NCBI GenBank assembly: GCA_002269645.1
Contig: NIVC01004334.1
Location: 1 to 50,025, forward strand
Direction: 5' to 3'
From: Macrostomum lignano
Taxonomy: Eukaryota
Length of the DNA: 50,025 nucleotides
Position 1 is the first letter of the stretch. Each line of letters starts with the position of its first letter. This document shows, piece after piece, positions 24,001 to 36,610 of the stretch. The position numbers were made by a program, and so were the translations under genes. The notes below the pieces were generated by a model. The model searched no databases and was not told the origin of the DNA. It saw nothing but the letters and a program-made list of their open reading frames with translations.

Positions 24001-24935
24001 TCCGTATGCTTTCCAACCAGGTTAGGAGGTCGGCGCCTTGTTGGTTGGTCAGGCCTTGGCGGAAACTCCCGGCGCTTCCATACTTGTGATGCAGTCTTTT
24101 TCCGACGTTAGAGTTTCAGTCACCTCCGATGATCATTGGTGAGTTTTGACCTATGGTGTTTAGCAAACGTTCAATTTCCGTACAAATGATTTCCATGTCT
24201 TCTTCGTAGGCTGGACTGTCTTTGATTGGTTGGTAGATCGTCATCACCACTGCTCCGCCAATTTCTATTGCAAGCGTTCTTTCTTGTGGGTGCATTTTTC
24301 TTCCTTGCGAGGTCCATAGGGTCCAGGCGGTGTTCCTTAGCAGAATGCCCACCTTCTGTGAGAATATTAGGTGGCAATCCTCGCCATCGCAGTGATAAGT
24401 TCTAATGCCTGTCGATTTAGTGTCGAGTTCAGTGAATAACGTTAAGTCCCATTTCCGTTAAGCCAGCTTGACCATCTCACCGAAATGCCCCGACATGATG
24501 TTAGCCCTTTGTGCGTTCTAGATGGCGATCTTGATTGACTCTTCTTTCCAACGTTTTTCGGCCAATTCCTGTGTGTGTGTTCTTCTTGTTGTTCTGCGTC
24601 TCTCCCTGCGCTTCTTCTTTCTGGCTTACCTGGCTCGGTTCTGTTGTCTTGTTCTTGGTCCAGGGTTCTTTTCGATCGTCTGGAGTCTGCTAGCGATCTC
24701 ATTTGTCACTCTTCTTTCCTCTTCCCTCCTTCTTTCTGTCCTCGCGGGGTTTTTTTCACGTAGATCTTGTTTATAGAGGTGCCAGGGTCCGTTAATCCCT
24801 GGCCACTCTGTCGAGGGAAGGTTTGCCCACAGCTGTCAGAGGTTAGTCTGACTCTGTGGGCCTCTCCCCCCCCGAATGCCTCTTTGCCAACCATTTGGGC
24901 TGTCCACTCGGCACCTCGAGAAGGTGGAACATTCT
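21091..24935 (-). mobile_element. Near-full-length, inactivated APE-type non-LTR retrotransposon (RTE-like), copy A: 2A-like motif - APE - RT - zinc fingers
   Basis: APE motifs KIAI*N, LFTEL, TIYQP, IIGGD*N, HPRTGTWYELD. RT motifs NYRGICLL, AGFRSGRST, DLRKAY, GLREGCATSPILFN, LFADD. RTE-like MGHVLRL. C-terminal C/H fingers. Several stops and frameshifts. Confidence 0.92.
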
Positions 24936-24944
24936 TGCCGAACC

Positions 24945-25321
24945 ATCATCTTCATCATCATCATCATCATGATTATCATCATGATCATCATCTTCTTCTT
25001 CTTCTTCTTCTGCCCTTTTCTCGCGTGGGACCCCGTTAGGTCGGATGGTTAGTGGTGAGCTCCACAACTTTTTCTGTGCCGTGCCAAGTTCGTTGCCGCT
25101 ATCTCTCTTCTCTCTCTTCTATCTTTATCGCTCTCCTTACCTCACAATCGGTGTGTTTGGCCTTGTGTTTTTCGACGTCCGGGTCGGCTACTTCCGTCCG
25201 TCGTTTAGAAAAAGGGCCGGTGCGACAGTCCGGGGTTTCTCTCGTGGCTGTCGTCCGTGCGTCTTCTCCCTTGCAGACTCTTTGCCAGGAGTTGCCTCCC
25301 GTCCGCTGGCCACCTCGAGAA
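24945..25321 (-). mobile_element. Short internally deleted family member, copy B (5' end fused to last zinc finger + 3'UTR + tail)
   Basis: Shares TTCTCGAGGTG and TGGCAAAGAG colinearly with the 5' end of copy A. Ends EIAATNLARHRKSCGAHH*, then 3'UTR and a (GAA)n(GAT)n tail at 24945-25012. Confidence 0.7.
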
Positions 25322-25324
25322 TCT

Positions 25325-26992
25325 TTATCTCTATCTTTATCATCATCATCATCATCATCATCATCATCGTTATCATCATCATCATAATAATAATAATCAT
25401 CATCTTCTTATTTGGCTCTTTTATCGCCGTGAGGCATGGGTCCCGGGGCTCTCTAGGTTCCGCAATTCCTTCTATGCCTGGCCATGTAGGTAGCTGCTAA
25501 CATTCGTCTACATAAATCACACTGTCTCTGCTTGCGTATGTGTTTCTGGGCTACTTCCGCGTTGTTATCTACGGTTACCCCTGAAGGTGTCGTTAGGTTG
25601 GTGCAAGTCCTCCGGTTTCGTGGTAAATTGCTCTTCGTAATCGTTCTACCGCATCCGCCGCATACAACGGAACCAGATGTTGCCTCCTTTTCTCCACGGC
25701 ATGCTTTGCGGTGGTTGCGGCAGGTCGCCTCTTGTCCGAATGTCTTAGTGCACCTGTCGCACGTGAAAGTTACCGGTGTTGCTATGGTCCTACGAGTATG
25801 CATCCTTTTTGGTGAATTGTCAATACCACTTTGCTTTTACAGATTTCGCCGCAGTCCGCGTAGTTGCAGCGATGTCCGGTTAATGTGAGTTCGTCTCTCG
25901 GTGGTGGTTGTCTTCTTTCAACGGTCAGATCGAGCGTGATGTTCCCTTGTCACTTCTCCCATGCTTCCATGTGATTGACACGTTGTTCAATCCAGTTCCT
26001 CCATTCTTCGCGATCTAGGACCATCCTTTCCACTTCCGTCGGTTCTAGGCCTCCTTCTCTAAGCAGCTTCTTCCAGTAATTCATCGTGTTGCCCTTCTTC
26101 CGTCGTACTTTTTGTATGCCTTCAAGACCCCGGAACCATCCGAGGACGGCGCGTTTCGTCTGGCGGTCGTCGGGCATTCTCAGGACATGTCCCATGCGGA
26201 TCAGGTGAGCTTTTTCAATCTTGATGCGTATTGAGCTCACTTGTAGTTCTGATCTCACATCCTGCATATTCATACCTTTGCTCTCCATTTCGCGTAGCGG
26301 TTCTATGGTCTTCGTGCTCCAGATGTGTCGGTAGATACGATCTACGACCCGCTGCAGTGCCTTGATTTCTGATTGGTGCCACGGGCGGATGTTGGCGTGG
26401 AAGAGGGCCACGCTCTCGATACAAGCTTCGACAACCTTAGCCTGAGTCTTTTTGGTCAGACGGCATTTAGCGAAGCGTCTTTTGATAGTCAGCCAACTTT
26501 TGGTTGCTCTTTTTATGCGGTTGCTTAGATCTGTGGTTCTTCCAGTCCAGCTTCCTAGCATTCTGATGTTACCTCCTTCCGTTGTGCCGATATTCATCTC
26601 TTCCTCTTTATTGTCGTTAAGCCGTTCTTCGAATTCCGACATGACTGCCTCCAGTCCATCGGTTATTTCGCCGCGATTGCCTATCAGCGTCGTATCGTCG
26701 GCAAACAAGGCAGTTTGAAGGCTGTGCGTTCGCATCTCGGAGTTGTATTTACTTACTCGCTGCGGTGGTACGTAGTGCGTGTCCGGTCGGGTAGGCCCAT
26801 TCGATTCCGCAAATGTGTTGCTTTTCGTCGGCCAACTGTTTACGCCTTTGCTCTCCTTATGCTGGCTTGGTGATAGATGTTGAAGAGCACGGGGGACGTG
26901 GGGCACCCTTCACGGAGTCCTCGATCTGGGTACCATTCCTCCCTTGTCCCACCTTTACCGTGTAGGCCGTATACTCATGTAGGTCTTGTCAT
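25325..26992 (-). mobile_element. 5'-truncated LINE, copy C (RT C-half, thumb, four zinc-finger-like modules, tail 25325-25405)
   Basis: QDLHEYTAY..GLREGCPTSPVLFNIYH, LFADD, RMGHVLRMPDDRQTK, CNYADCGEICKSKVVLTIHQKRMH, CDRC..HRKAC, CGGC..NRRTC, CDLC..HRRNC. Confidence 0.9.
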
Positions 26993-26994
26993 AA

Positions 26995-27410
26995 TCTTCT
27001 TCTTCTTCGTCCCGTTCTCGCCCGGAGGGCATGGGACACCGAGAGCTACGTGCCTCTGCACGTTCTTTTGTGTCTTGCCATATTAGTTTTGGACAGCTCC
27101 CGACCACAGTCTTCACACTTTGCTGTCTCTGCACGATACTTTCTAGCAGCTGTCCGACCCGTCTGGTTGTCTCCTGTTGTTGTTGCCCTTGTTGTCGCCG
27201 TTAGCGTTGCCGTCGCCGGTGTGGTCGTCGATGTTCCTCTCTCTTGACTTTCGATCGCGACTGCCGCTGCCCCTCTGCATGTTCGCCTGTGCCTCGCCAG
27301 ATTGGATTTCGATACCATCGTCTCGCATCTGGTGCACCTTACTGTTTTGGCATTCATTTCTGTTTCACCTTGGCAAGTCTTTCTGTGGTTGAGTAGTGTC
27401 GCTTCTTGTC
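26995..27410 (-). mobile_element. Severely 5'-truncated LINE, copy D (zinc-finger region, 3'UTR, (GAA)n tail)
   Basis: QEATLLNHRKTC, CTRCETMVSKSNLARHRRTC and CEDCGRELSKTNMARHKRTC, homologous to copies A and C. Confidence 0.85.
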
Positions 27411-27414
27411 GTCA

Positions 27415-27560
27415 TAATCTTCTTTTTCTTCATCATCATCATCATCATAATTATCATCATCATCCTCCTCATCATCACCATCATCATCATCATCACCATC
27501 ATCCTCATCATCACCATCATCCGCACCATCATGCTCATTATCCTGGTCATAATTATCATG
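27415..27560. repeat. Degenerate (ATC)n microsatellite, probable original target or older tail
   Basis: Imperfect CAT/CAC/CCT triplets abutting the 5' junction of copy D. Confidence 0.8.
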
Positions 27561-27830
27561 TCAACTTAATTTTGTTATCAACAATAAATCATTCATGCAT
27601 AAAGCATATCATAAAATACCGTTAGCAACTGACATTCCCAGGCTACAATAACGCACCACAGAGAAATCGACTGAGTGACTGCACCTCTCTGAATTGATAA
27701 GGAAATCCGCGAAGTTCCCCAGACTAAGCCAATCAGAATCCAGCATAAGCGAACCTGGCTTTACCTCCCCTTCTCACTCACTCAGCGCAGAAATGCTTGA
27801 AATTCCGATGGCAACGAGTTCCCTGTCCGA

Positions 27831-28041
27831 ATGCGGATTCCGGAAAAAAGAAACACTGACACCGCATTCATGTCGTCGCAGCAGCAGAAACAGCAGCGAT
27901 TTCAAGCCAGCAACAGCAGCGGCAGCAACAATTGCAGCAGCAGGCGGAACGACAGCGACCAGAGCTTCGACAGGAAGCTGGAAGATTCGTTGAGAGACCT
28001 GCGGGTCATGCAGGCCAGGATGAGCAGACAGGCCACTCTGG
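27831..28041 (+). CDS. Candidate first coding exon (Q/S/N-rich), possibly the N-terminus of the synaptotagmin-like gene
   Basis: ATG at 27831, open to the donor CTG G|GTGAGA (phase 1), which is phase-compatible with the acceptor at 33852. No homology recognised. Confidence 0.35.
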
Positions 28042-28046
28042 GTGAG

Positions 28047-28520
28047 AACTGGATTGCTAGTCTAGCCAACATAGATGAAGGAATAGAATGGATTGCTAAT
28101 CTAGCCAACACAGATGAAGGAATAGAATGGATTGCTAATCTAGCCAACACAGATGAATGAATAGAATGGATTGCTAATCTAGCCAACATAGATGAAGGAA
28201 TAGAATGGATTGCTAATCTAGCCTGCATCAGTGAAGAAATAGAATGGATTGCTAATCTAGCCTGCATCAGTGAAGGAATAGAATGGATTGCTAATCTAGC
28301 CAACATAGATGAAGGAATAGAATGGATTGCTAATCTAGCCAACACAGATGAATGAATAGAATGGACTGCTAATCTAGCCAACACAGATGAAGAAATAGAA
28401 TGGATTGCTAATCTAGCCTGCATCAGTGAAGAAATAGAATGGATTGCTAATCTAGCCTGCATCAGTGAAGGAATAGAATGGATTGCTAATCTAGCCAACA
28501 CAGATGAAGAAATAGAATGG
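28047..28520. repeat. 39-bp variant of the 2.6-3.7 kb minisatellite
   Basis: GAAGGAATAGAATGGATTGCTAATCTAGCCAACACAGAT units. Confidence 0.95.
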
Positions 28521-28934
28521 ACTGCTAATCTAATCTCATCCGCACGGTCTCCTTTCTCTTTTTAAAGGCTAGCATAGCCAGCTCTCTGTATGCAGAGTTT
28601 TGAATTTATTTTCTATCTGAAGCCGCCCCCGCGGTTGCAGGCGAATTATCCCAGCAGCTCTCCAATTCCCAGCCCAAAGACCTCATTAACAGCGGTAGCC
28701 GAGGATGAGCCCCAAATCCCTGTTCCCAAATTTTACTTTTATCCGCCTTTCCCCTCGGCCATCGGTCTCAAGTGAGTCATCTGAAGCGGAAAATGTTCTT
28801 TATGTTAAATCTTTCTCTTTATTTTGCTTTGATTTTTCTCAAAATACGAGCGTATTGAGAAATCTGAATTTCTGCAGCACACAGGTGAGGCTCTCGGAGC
28901 TGCCACCTTGGCTGCCGGGATGATGATGAAGATT

Positions 28935-29720
28935 CTGGGCTAATCTAGCAACGGAATAGAATGGATTGCTAATCTAGCCTACATCAGTGATTAAGGAATA
29001 GAATGGATTGCTAATCTAGCCTACATCAATAAAGGAATAGAATGGATTGCTAATCTAGCCTACATCAGTGATTAAGGAATAGAATGGATTGCTAATCTAG
29101 CCTACATCAGTGATTAAGGAATAGAATGGATTGCTAATCTAGCCTACATCAATAAAGGAATAGAATGGATTGCTAATCTAGCCTACATCAGTGATTAAGG
29201 AATAGAATGGATTGCTAATCTAGCCTACATCAGTGATTAAGGAATAGAATGGATTGCTAATCTAGCCTACATCAATAAAGGAATAGAATGGATTGCTAAT
29301 CTAGCCTACATCAGTGATTAAGGAATAGAATGGATTGCTAATCTAGCCTACATCAGTGATTAAGGAATAGAATGGATTGCTAATCTAGCCTACATCAGTG
29401 ATGAAGGAATAGAATGGATTGCTAATCTAGCCTACATCAATGATGAAGGAATAGAATGGATTGCTAATCTAGCCTACATCAGTGATGAAGGAATAGAATG
29501 GATTGCTAATCTAGCCTACATCAGTGATTAAGGAATAGAATGGATTGCTAATCTAGCCTACATCAGTGATTAAGGAATAGAATGGATTGCTAATTTAGCC
29601 TGCATCAGTGAAGGAATAGAATAGATTGCTAATCTAGCCTACACCAGTGAAGGAATAGAATGGATTGCTAATCTAGCCTACATCAGTGAAGGAATATAAT
29701 GGATTGCTAATCTAGCCTAC
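28935..29720. repeat. 39/42-bp variant of the same minisatellite family
   Basis: AAGGAATAGAATGGATTGCTAATCTAGCCTACATCAGTGATT units. Confidence 0.95.
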
Positions 29721-30689
29721 CAAAAAACAATAAAAACAGAGCTCTGCTTACAAGTTCTCAATGACAGAAAAATCCCAACATCAAAAACAGTTGCTGGCTC
29801 TGCCGGTCAGCCCGGCGGAGGCCCACCGCCCTTATTTTGATGCCCCGTCGGCAGGCCCGTCTCTGGCAGGGCGCAGGCAGCTCAAACCCCCCCTCCTCCA
29901 GGAGAAAGCCGGGCAAAAAATCTGTCAGCCCCGCCGGCCTGATAACTCTGATGAAGGCGGGCGGCCACGTGAAAAAAATAAAAAGGAACTAATAATCGCT
30001 TTAGGGCGAAGATGTCAACACCCGCCATCTCTCCCTGTCTCTTTCGCACTCTAATTCTTCCCCAGGGCGGGATGGCGCGGCCTCATCCACCTCCCCGCAG
30101 CCTCCCAAGAAAGATAGTTCCCACTTTCATGCTCTCACCGCCAGATCCCCTTGGGTCAAAATCCCCTTTGACTCCCTTCCCCGAGCTTATCCGCTTCCTG
30201 AGCGCCTCGGTTGTCCATTTCTAAGACTTCTCTCATCCTCTCTTCCTTCTCCGCTTCGACTCTCCGCCTCATTTACTCACCTCATGCTCGGCACATTCTG
30301 AGCTGGCTATATAGTAGTAAGTAGCATAACAGTAGTATGCGTGCGAGTGTCTATTGTCGATTGGAAAATTGAATTGCCGGCCGCGCACAGGCCCGGTGCG
30401 GCTGGCCCAGCTAATTAACGTGAGCCAAGAATGTGCGAGAGGGAAAGAGGGGGGCTTAGGGGGGGGGGGGTTGGGGCGCGCCTTGGTAAGAGCTTGGGAC
30501 TGTGTGAGTGTGACGAAGTTTCATGGCGTGTTTTACTCTCTGGCTGTGCTGGCGTGCTCAAGTATGAGGAAGTGAGGAAGGAATTTCAATGATAGTTTTT
30601 TGAAATCTTTGCGATTTCACTTCTCCTTTCTTGTTACTTATTTACACATATCAGACTTTTCTCTCGCCGTATACTTGGATTATCTCTTT

Positions 30690-31555
30690 CTCATGCTTAC
30701 TCTTTCTCATGCTTACTATTTCTCATGCTCACTCTTTCTAATGCCCACTCTTTCTCATGCTCACTCTTTCTAATGCTCACTCTTTCTAATGCTCACTCGT
30801 TCTAATGCTCACTCTTTCTAATGCTCTTTCTTTCTAATGCTCACTCTTTCTAATGCTCACTCTTTCTAATGCTCACTCTTTCTAATGCTCACTCTTTCTC
30901 ATGCTCACTCTTTCTAATGCTCACTCTTTCTAATGCTCACTCTTTCTAATGCTCACTCTTTCTCATGCTCACTCTTTCTAATGCTCACTCTTTCTAATGC
31001 TCACTCTTTCTAATGCTCACTCTTTCTAATGCTCACTCTTTCTCATGCTCACTCTTTCTAATGCTCACTCTTTCTCATGCTCACTCTTTCTAATGCTCAC
31101 TCTTTCTAATGCTCACTCTTTCTCATGCTCACTCTTTCTAATGCTCACTCTTTCTCATGCTTACTATTTCTCATGCTTACTATTTCTCATGCTCACTCTT
31201 TCTAATGCCCACTCTTTCTAATGCTCACTCTTTCTAATGCTCACTCTTTCTCATGCTCACTCTTTCTAATGCTCACTCTTTCTCATGCTCACTCTTTCTC
31301 ATGCTCACTCTTTCTAATGCTCACTCTTTCTAATGCTCACTCTTTCTCATGCTCACTCTTTCTAATGCTCACTCTTTCTCATGCTCACTCTTTCTCATGC
31401 TCACTCTTTCTAATGCCCACTCTTTCTCATGCTCACTCTTTCTCATGCTCACTCTTTCTAATGCTCACTCTTTCTAATGCTCACTCTTTCTAATGCTCTC
31501 TCGCTCACTCTTTCTAATGCTCACTCTTTCTAATGCCCACTCTTTCTCATGCTCA
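30690..31555. repeat. 16-bp minisatellite ATGCTCACTCTTTCT(A/C)
   Basis: Direct reading. Confidence 0.95.
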
Positions 31556-31894
31556 CTCCCTATCTCATCCATTCTGCTTCTCGGGCTCCCCTTTTTTCCT
31601 TTTCTTTTGGCCTGATTTTTTAAAATTCTCTCTCCCCCTCTCCTTGCCAATTTCCACCAATATGCTACAAACTTCTAGAAGCAGAAATACGAAATAATCA
31701 CGAGGCTGAAGAAAAAATCTGCTTTCGCCACCCGATTGAATCAGCCTGCCGGATTAGAAATCGGTGGCAAAATCAGGCCTGAGGGTAGAGCGGAGATGCG
31801 GGAGGAAGCATCATAGATGCCCTCCTGCCAGCTAAGAGCAATGGGGGCCTCCGTTGTAAAGTGCAATTTGCAGATACCCAGATACCCAGATACC

Positions 31895-33065
31895 CAGACA
31901 GACACTAAAACAGGCACTAAGACAGACACTAAGACAGACACTAAAGACAGGCATTAAGACAGGCACTAAGACAGGCACTGAGACAGGCACTAAGACAGAC
32001 ACTAAAGACAGGCACTAAGACAGGCACTAAGACAGGCACTAAGACAGGCACTAAGACAGGCACTAAGACAGGCACTAAGACAGGCACTAAGACAGGCACT
32101 AAGACAGGCACTAAGACAGGCACTAAGACAGGCACTAAGACAGGCACTAAGACAGGCACTAAGACAGGCACTAAGACAGGCACTAAGACAGGCACTAAGA
32201 CAGACTAAGACAGACACTAAGACAGGCACTAAGACAGACACTAAGACAGGCACTAGACAGACACTGAGACAGGCACTAAGACCGACACTGAGACAGGCAC
32301 TAAGACAGGCACTAAGACCGACATTAAGACAGACACGAAGACAGGCACTAAGACAGACACTGAGACAGGCACTAAGACAGGCACTAAGACAGGCACTAAG
32401 ACAGGCACTAAGACAGGCACTAAGACAGGCACTAAGACAGACACTGATGCAGGCACTGAGACAGGCACTAAGACAGACACTGAGACAGGCACTAAGACAG
32501 GCACTAGGACAGGCACTAAGACAGGCACTAAGACAGGCACTAAGACAGACACTGAGACAGGCACTGAGACAGGCACTGAGACAGACACTGAGACAGGCAC
32601 TAAGACAGGCACTGACAGGCACTGATGCAGGCACTAAGACAGGCACTAAGACAGACACTAAGACAGGCACTAAGACAGGCACTAAGACAGGCACTAAGAC
32701 AGGCACTAAGACAGGCACTAATACAGGCACTAAGACAGACACTGAGACAGACACTAAAGACAGGCACTAAGACAGACACTGAGACAGGCACTAAGACAGG
32801 CACTGAGACAGACACTAAGACAGGCACTAAGACAGGCACTAAGACAGACACTGATGCAGGCACTAATACAGGCACTAAGACAGACACTGAGACAGGCACT
32901 AAGACAGGCACTGAGACAGACACTGATGCAGGCACTAATACAGGCACTAAGACAGGCACTAATACAGGCACTAAGACAGGCACTAAGACAGGCACTAAGA
33001 CAGGCACTAAGACAGACACTGAGACAGGCACTAAGACAGACACAGAGACACGCACTAAGAAACAC
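31895..33065. repeat. 12-bp minisatellite CTAAGACAGGCA
   Basis: Direct reading; source of the VPVL/SACL/RQAL pseudo-ORFs. Confidence 0.96.
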
Positions 33066-33364
33066 TAAGGAACAAAACCTTAAGTCAGTTAGTTTCTGCC
33101 TAATTCTATAAAAAGAACAGCAGAAAGGGAATTGTGTCATGTTTATGAGAAGTGTTAGACAGACTGTCCTCAGGGCTGCAGTCTGATCAACATCTGGCAT
33201 TTTAGAAGAGAAAATCCTACCTCATTAGACTTGGAATGGGCCTATTTTTACTTAAGTAAATAGAAACAGATGGAAGCAACTTTATTGGCAGGTGAAATGT
33301 GCGCAAACCAGTGCTTAAAACTGAAATCGACAGGTCTATTCTGAAAAAACTTTGACATTTCTGG

Positions 33365-33731
<367 letters not shown>

Positions 33732-33851
33732 CTGCTCGCAGTTACTTCAATAAAGCGAATCAAATTTACTGGACACCCTACTTAGGAAGTACTTCAGTAG
33801 TGCAGTCAGTTTAAACTCAAAGTAGCTTGATGCAACATTTATTAACTTCAG

Positions 33852-34055
33852 CCGCCGGAAATACCGGAAACGCCGGGGTCGCGGCGAGTCCCACGAGATC
33901 ACCGATGCTGTCGACTGTCGGAAGAACCCGCGGCATGGCCGGTGGCATCGGCCCCGGTGGCAGCGGTGGCGGCGGCGGCGGTGGCGGCGGCGGTGGACTG
34001 CGCAAGAGGGCTCAGAGTCTGGCATCGACAATGTTCAACCTGCAGGACCTGCAAG
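33852..34055 (+). CDS. Synaptotagmin-like gene, Gly-rich N-terminal exon
   Basis: TTCAG| (phase 1) ... LRKRAQSLASTMFNLQDLQ G|GTGAGA (phase 1). Phase-compatible with the next exon. Confidence 0.6.
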
Positions 34056-34504
34056 GTGAGAGACAGCCGTGCGCAAGTCAAGCCTCAATATTTGGCTAAT
34101 AGCTGCTAGGGGTAGTAAGGGAATCGAACCTGTGACCTCGGGGTACAAAAGAATGACGCTTCACCTGACGCGGGCAAAAGAAGACTGAATGAGAAGCGGT
34201 TGGACGCTCCGGCTTGGCAAGCGCAGCTGTGAACAAGGCGGCCGGCACGCTTCGCTGCTCGGCCAGATGGGGCGGCCTCAATGCCGGCCGCTGCAGGTGC
34301 AAAAGGTAAAATCTGAGATGAAGCTTGAGAGGCTAGTGGATTCGCGTCATCGAACAGCAGGATCGAAAATATTGAGATATGAGGGGGTGGGATTCACGCC
34401 TTTGTTCCGGGTGATTTTGCACAGGTTTGGCCTGTGCGGACATGGGAGTGACGCGTGTCCAATGCGTTCGATTGAGCCCAAGGATGCACACAGGACTGGG
34501 GGCT

Positions 34505-35425
<921 letters not shown>

Positions 35426-35861
35426 ACCAAGGGAGGTCGCTAATGCAGTCCTAGCCGCTAACTACAGGAGTCTCTCGCCAATACCCCGCCTTCCCACTTC
35501 CTCCTAACCAAATTACGGTGCTATATTGGTTGAGCAGTTAGCCAAGAAGATAGAGACGACTGCCTCGACTAACTCTGGGGTTCCCCCCCGGCGGATAAGT
35601 GGCTGAGAAAATAGATGGAAATAGAGTGATAGCCCGCAGCCTTTGCCGGCGCCCCCCCCCCCCCAGGAAAACACAGCAAAGAGCCTGCGAGTCCACTCGG
35701 CACGGAGATCGCATCTTGCCGGGCCTTCCCGTTTTATTGGCCGTTCCCGTCCTCGCCCCGATCCCACCCTCCCTCCTCCTCTTCCTCCCCGACATTTCCC
35801 CGCTCAGCCGAGAGAGACCCCGGAGGAAGCCGAGTCCCCAGTTCCACGTTGACTTTTTCAG

Positions 35862-36139
35862 CAGCGGCTGCGGTTGACCTGAGCAACAGCTCGCTGAACT
35901 CGCCGACAACAGCGGAAGCTCCGGAAGCGACCACGGTAGCGGCGGCAGCAGCAGCAGCATCGCTAGAAGCATCGCCAAGCAGAGCCTCTGTAATGTCTTC
36001 TGCTTCTGAGGCTGCAGGCGGCAGCGGCGGCGCAGGGCGGGTGGCCTTTCCGAACGAATTCAGAAGGGAACGGCGTCGGGCCAGCATGCAGGATGCCATC
36101 GATGCGTCCAAGATCAACGCGGACTTGTACTCGAAGTTG
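35862..36139 (+). CDS. Synaptotagmin-like gene, linker exon (..RRASMQDAIDASKINADLYSKL)
   Basis: TTTTTCAG| phase 1; donor TTG|GTGAGC phase 0. The '..LY' motif is typical just before synaptotagmin C2A. Confidence 0.72.
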
Positions 36140-36219
36140 GTGAGCATTCCGGGAGGGAAGGCTGCGCAATGCCCGTGGTTTTCTATTCTTCACTGAGAGC
36201 TTGAAGCTTTCACGATAGT

Positions 36220-36610
36220 CATTCTAGGGTATACTGGAGCGATCTGCAGGTATCCCTATGAGCCATCCTAGGGTATACTGGAGCGATCTGCAGGTATCCC
36301 TATGAGCCATCCTAGGGTATGCTGTAGCGATCTGCAGGTATCTCTATGAGCCATCCTAGGGTATGCTGTAGCGATCTGCAGGTATCCCTATTAGCCATCC
36401 TAGGGTATACTGGAGCGATCTGCAGGTATCCCTATTAGCCATCCTAGGGTATACTGGAGCGATCTGCAGGTATCCCTATTAGCCATCCTAGGGTATACTG
36501 GAGCGATCTGCAGGTATCCCTATGAGCCAACCTAGGGTATACTGGAGCGATCTGCAGGTATCCCTATTAGCCATCCTAGGGTATACTGGAGCGATCTGCA
36601 GGTATCCCAT
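36220..36610. repeat. 44-bp intronic minisatellite ATCCTAGGGTATACTGGAGCGATCTGCAGGTATCCCTAT(G/T)AGCC
   Basis: About 9 copies; period measured 36241 to 36285. Confidence 0.95.

Noticed and set aside
28590-28935. Possible small exons between the two satellite arrays (PPPRLQANY.., GEALGAATL..)
   Set aside because: Several incompatible frames and phases with early stops; no way to choose.
34115-34165. Isolated B-box (GGTTCGATTCC, minus strand); another at ~37935
   Set aside because: No convincing A-box or SINE body; at most decayed SINE heads.
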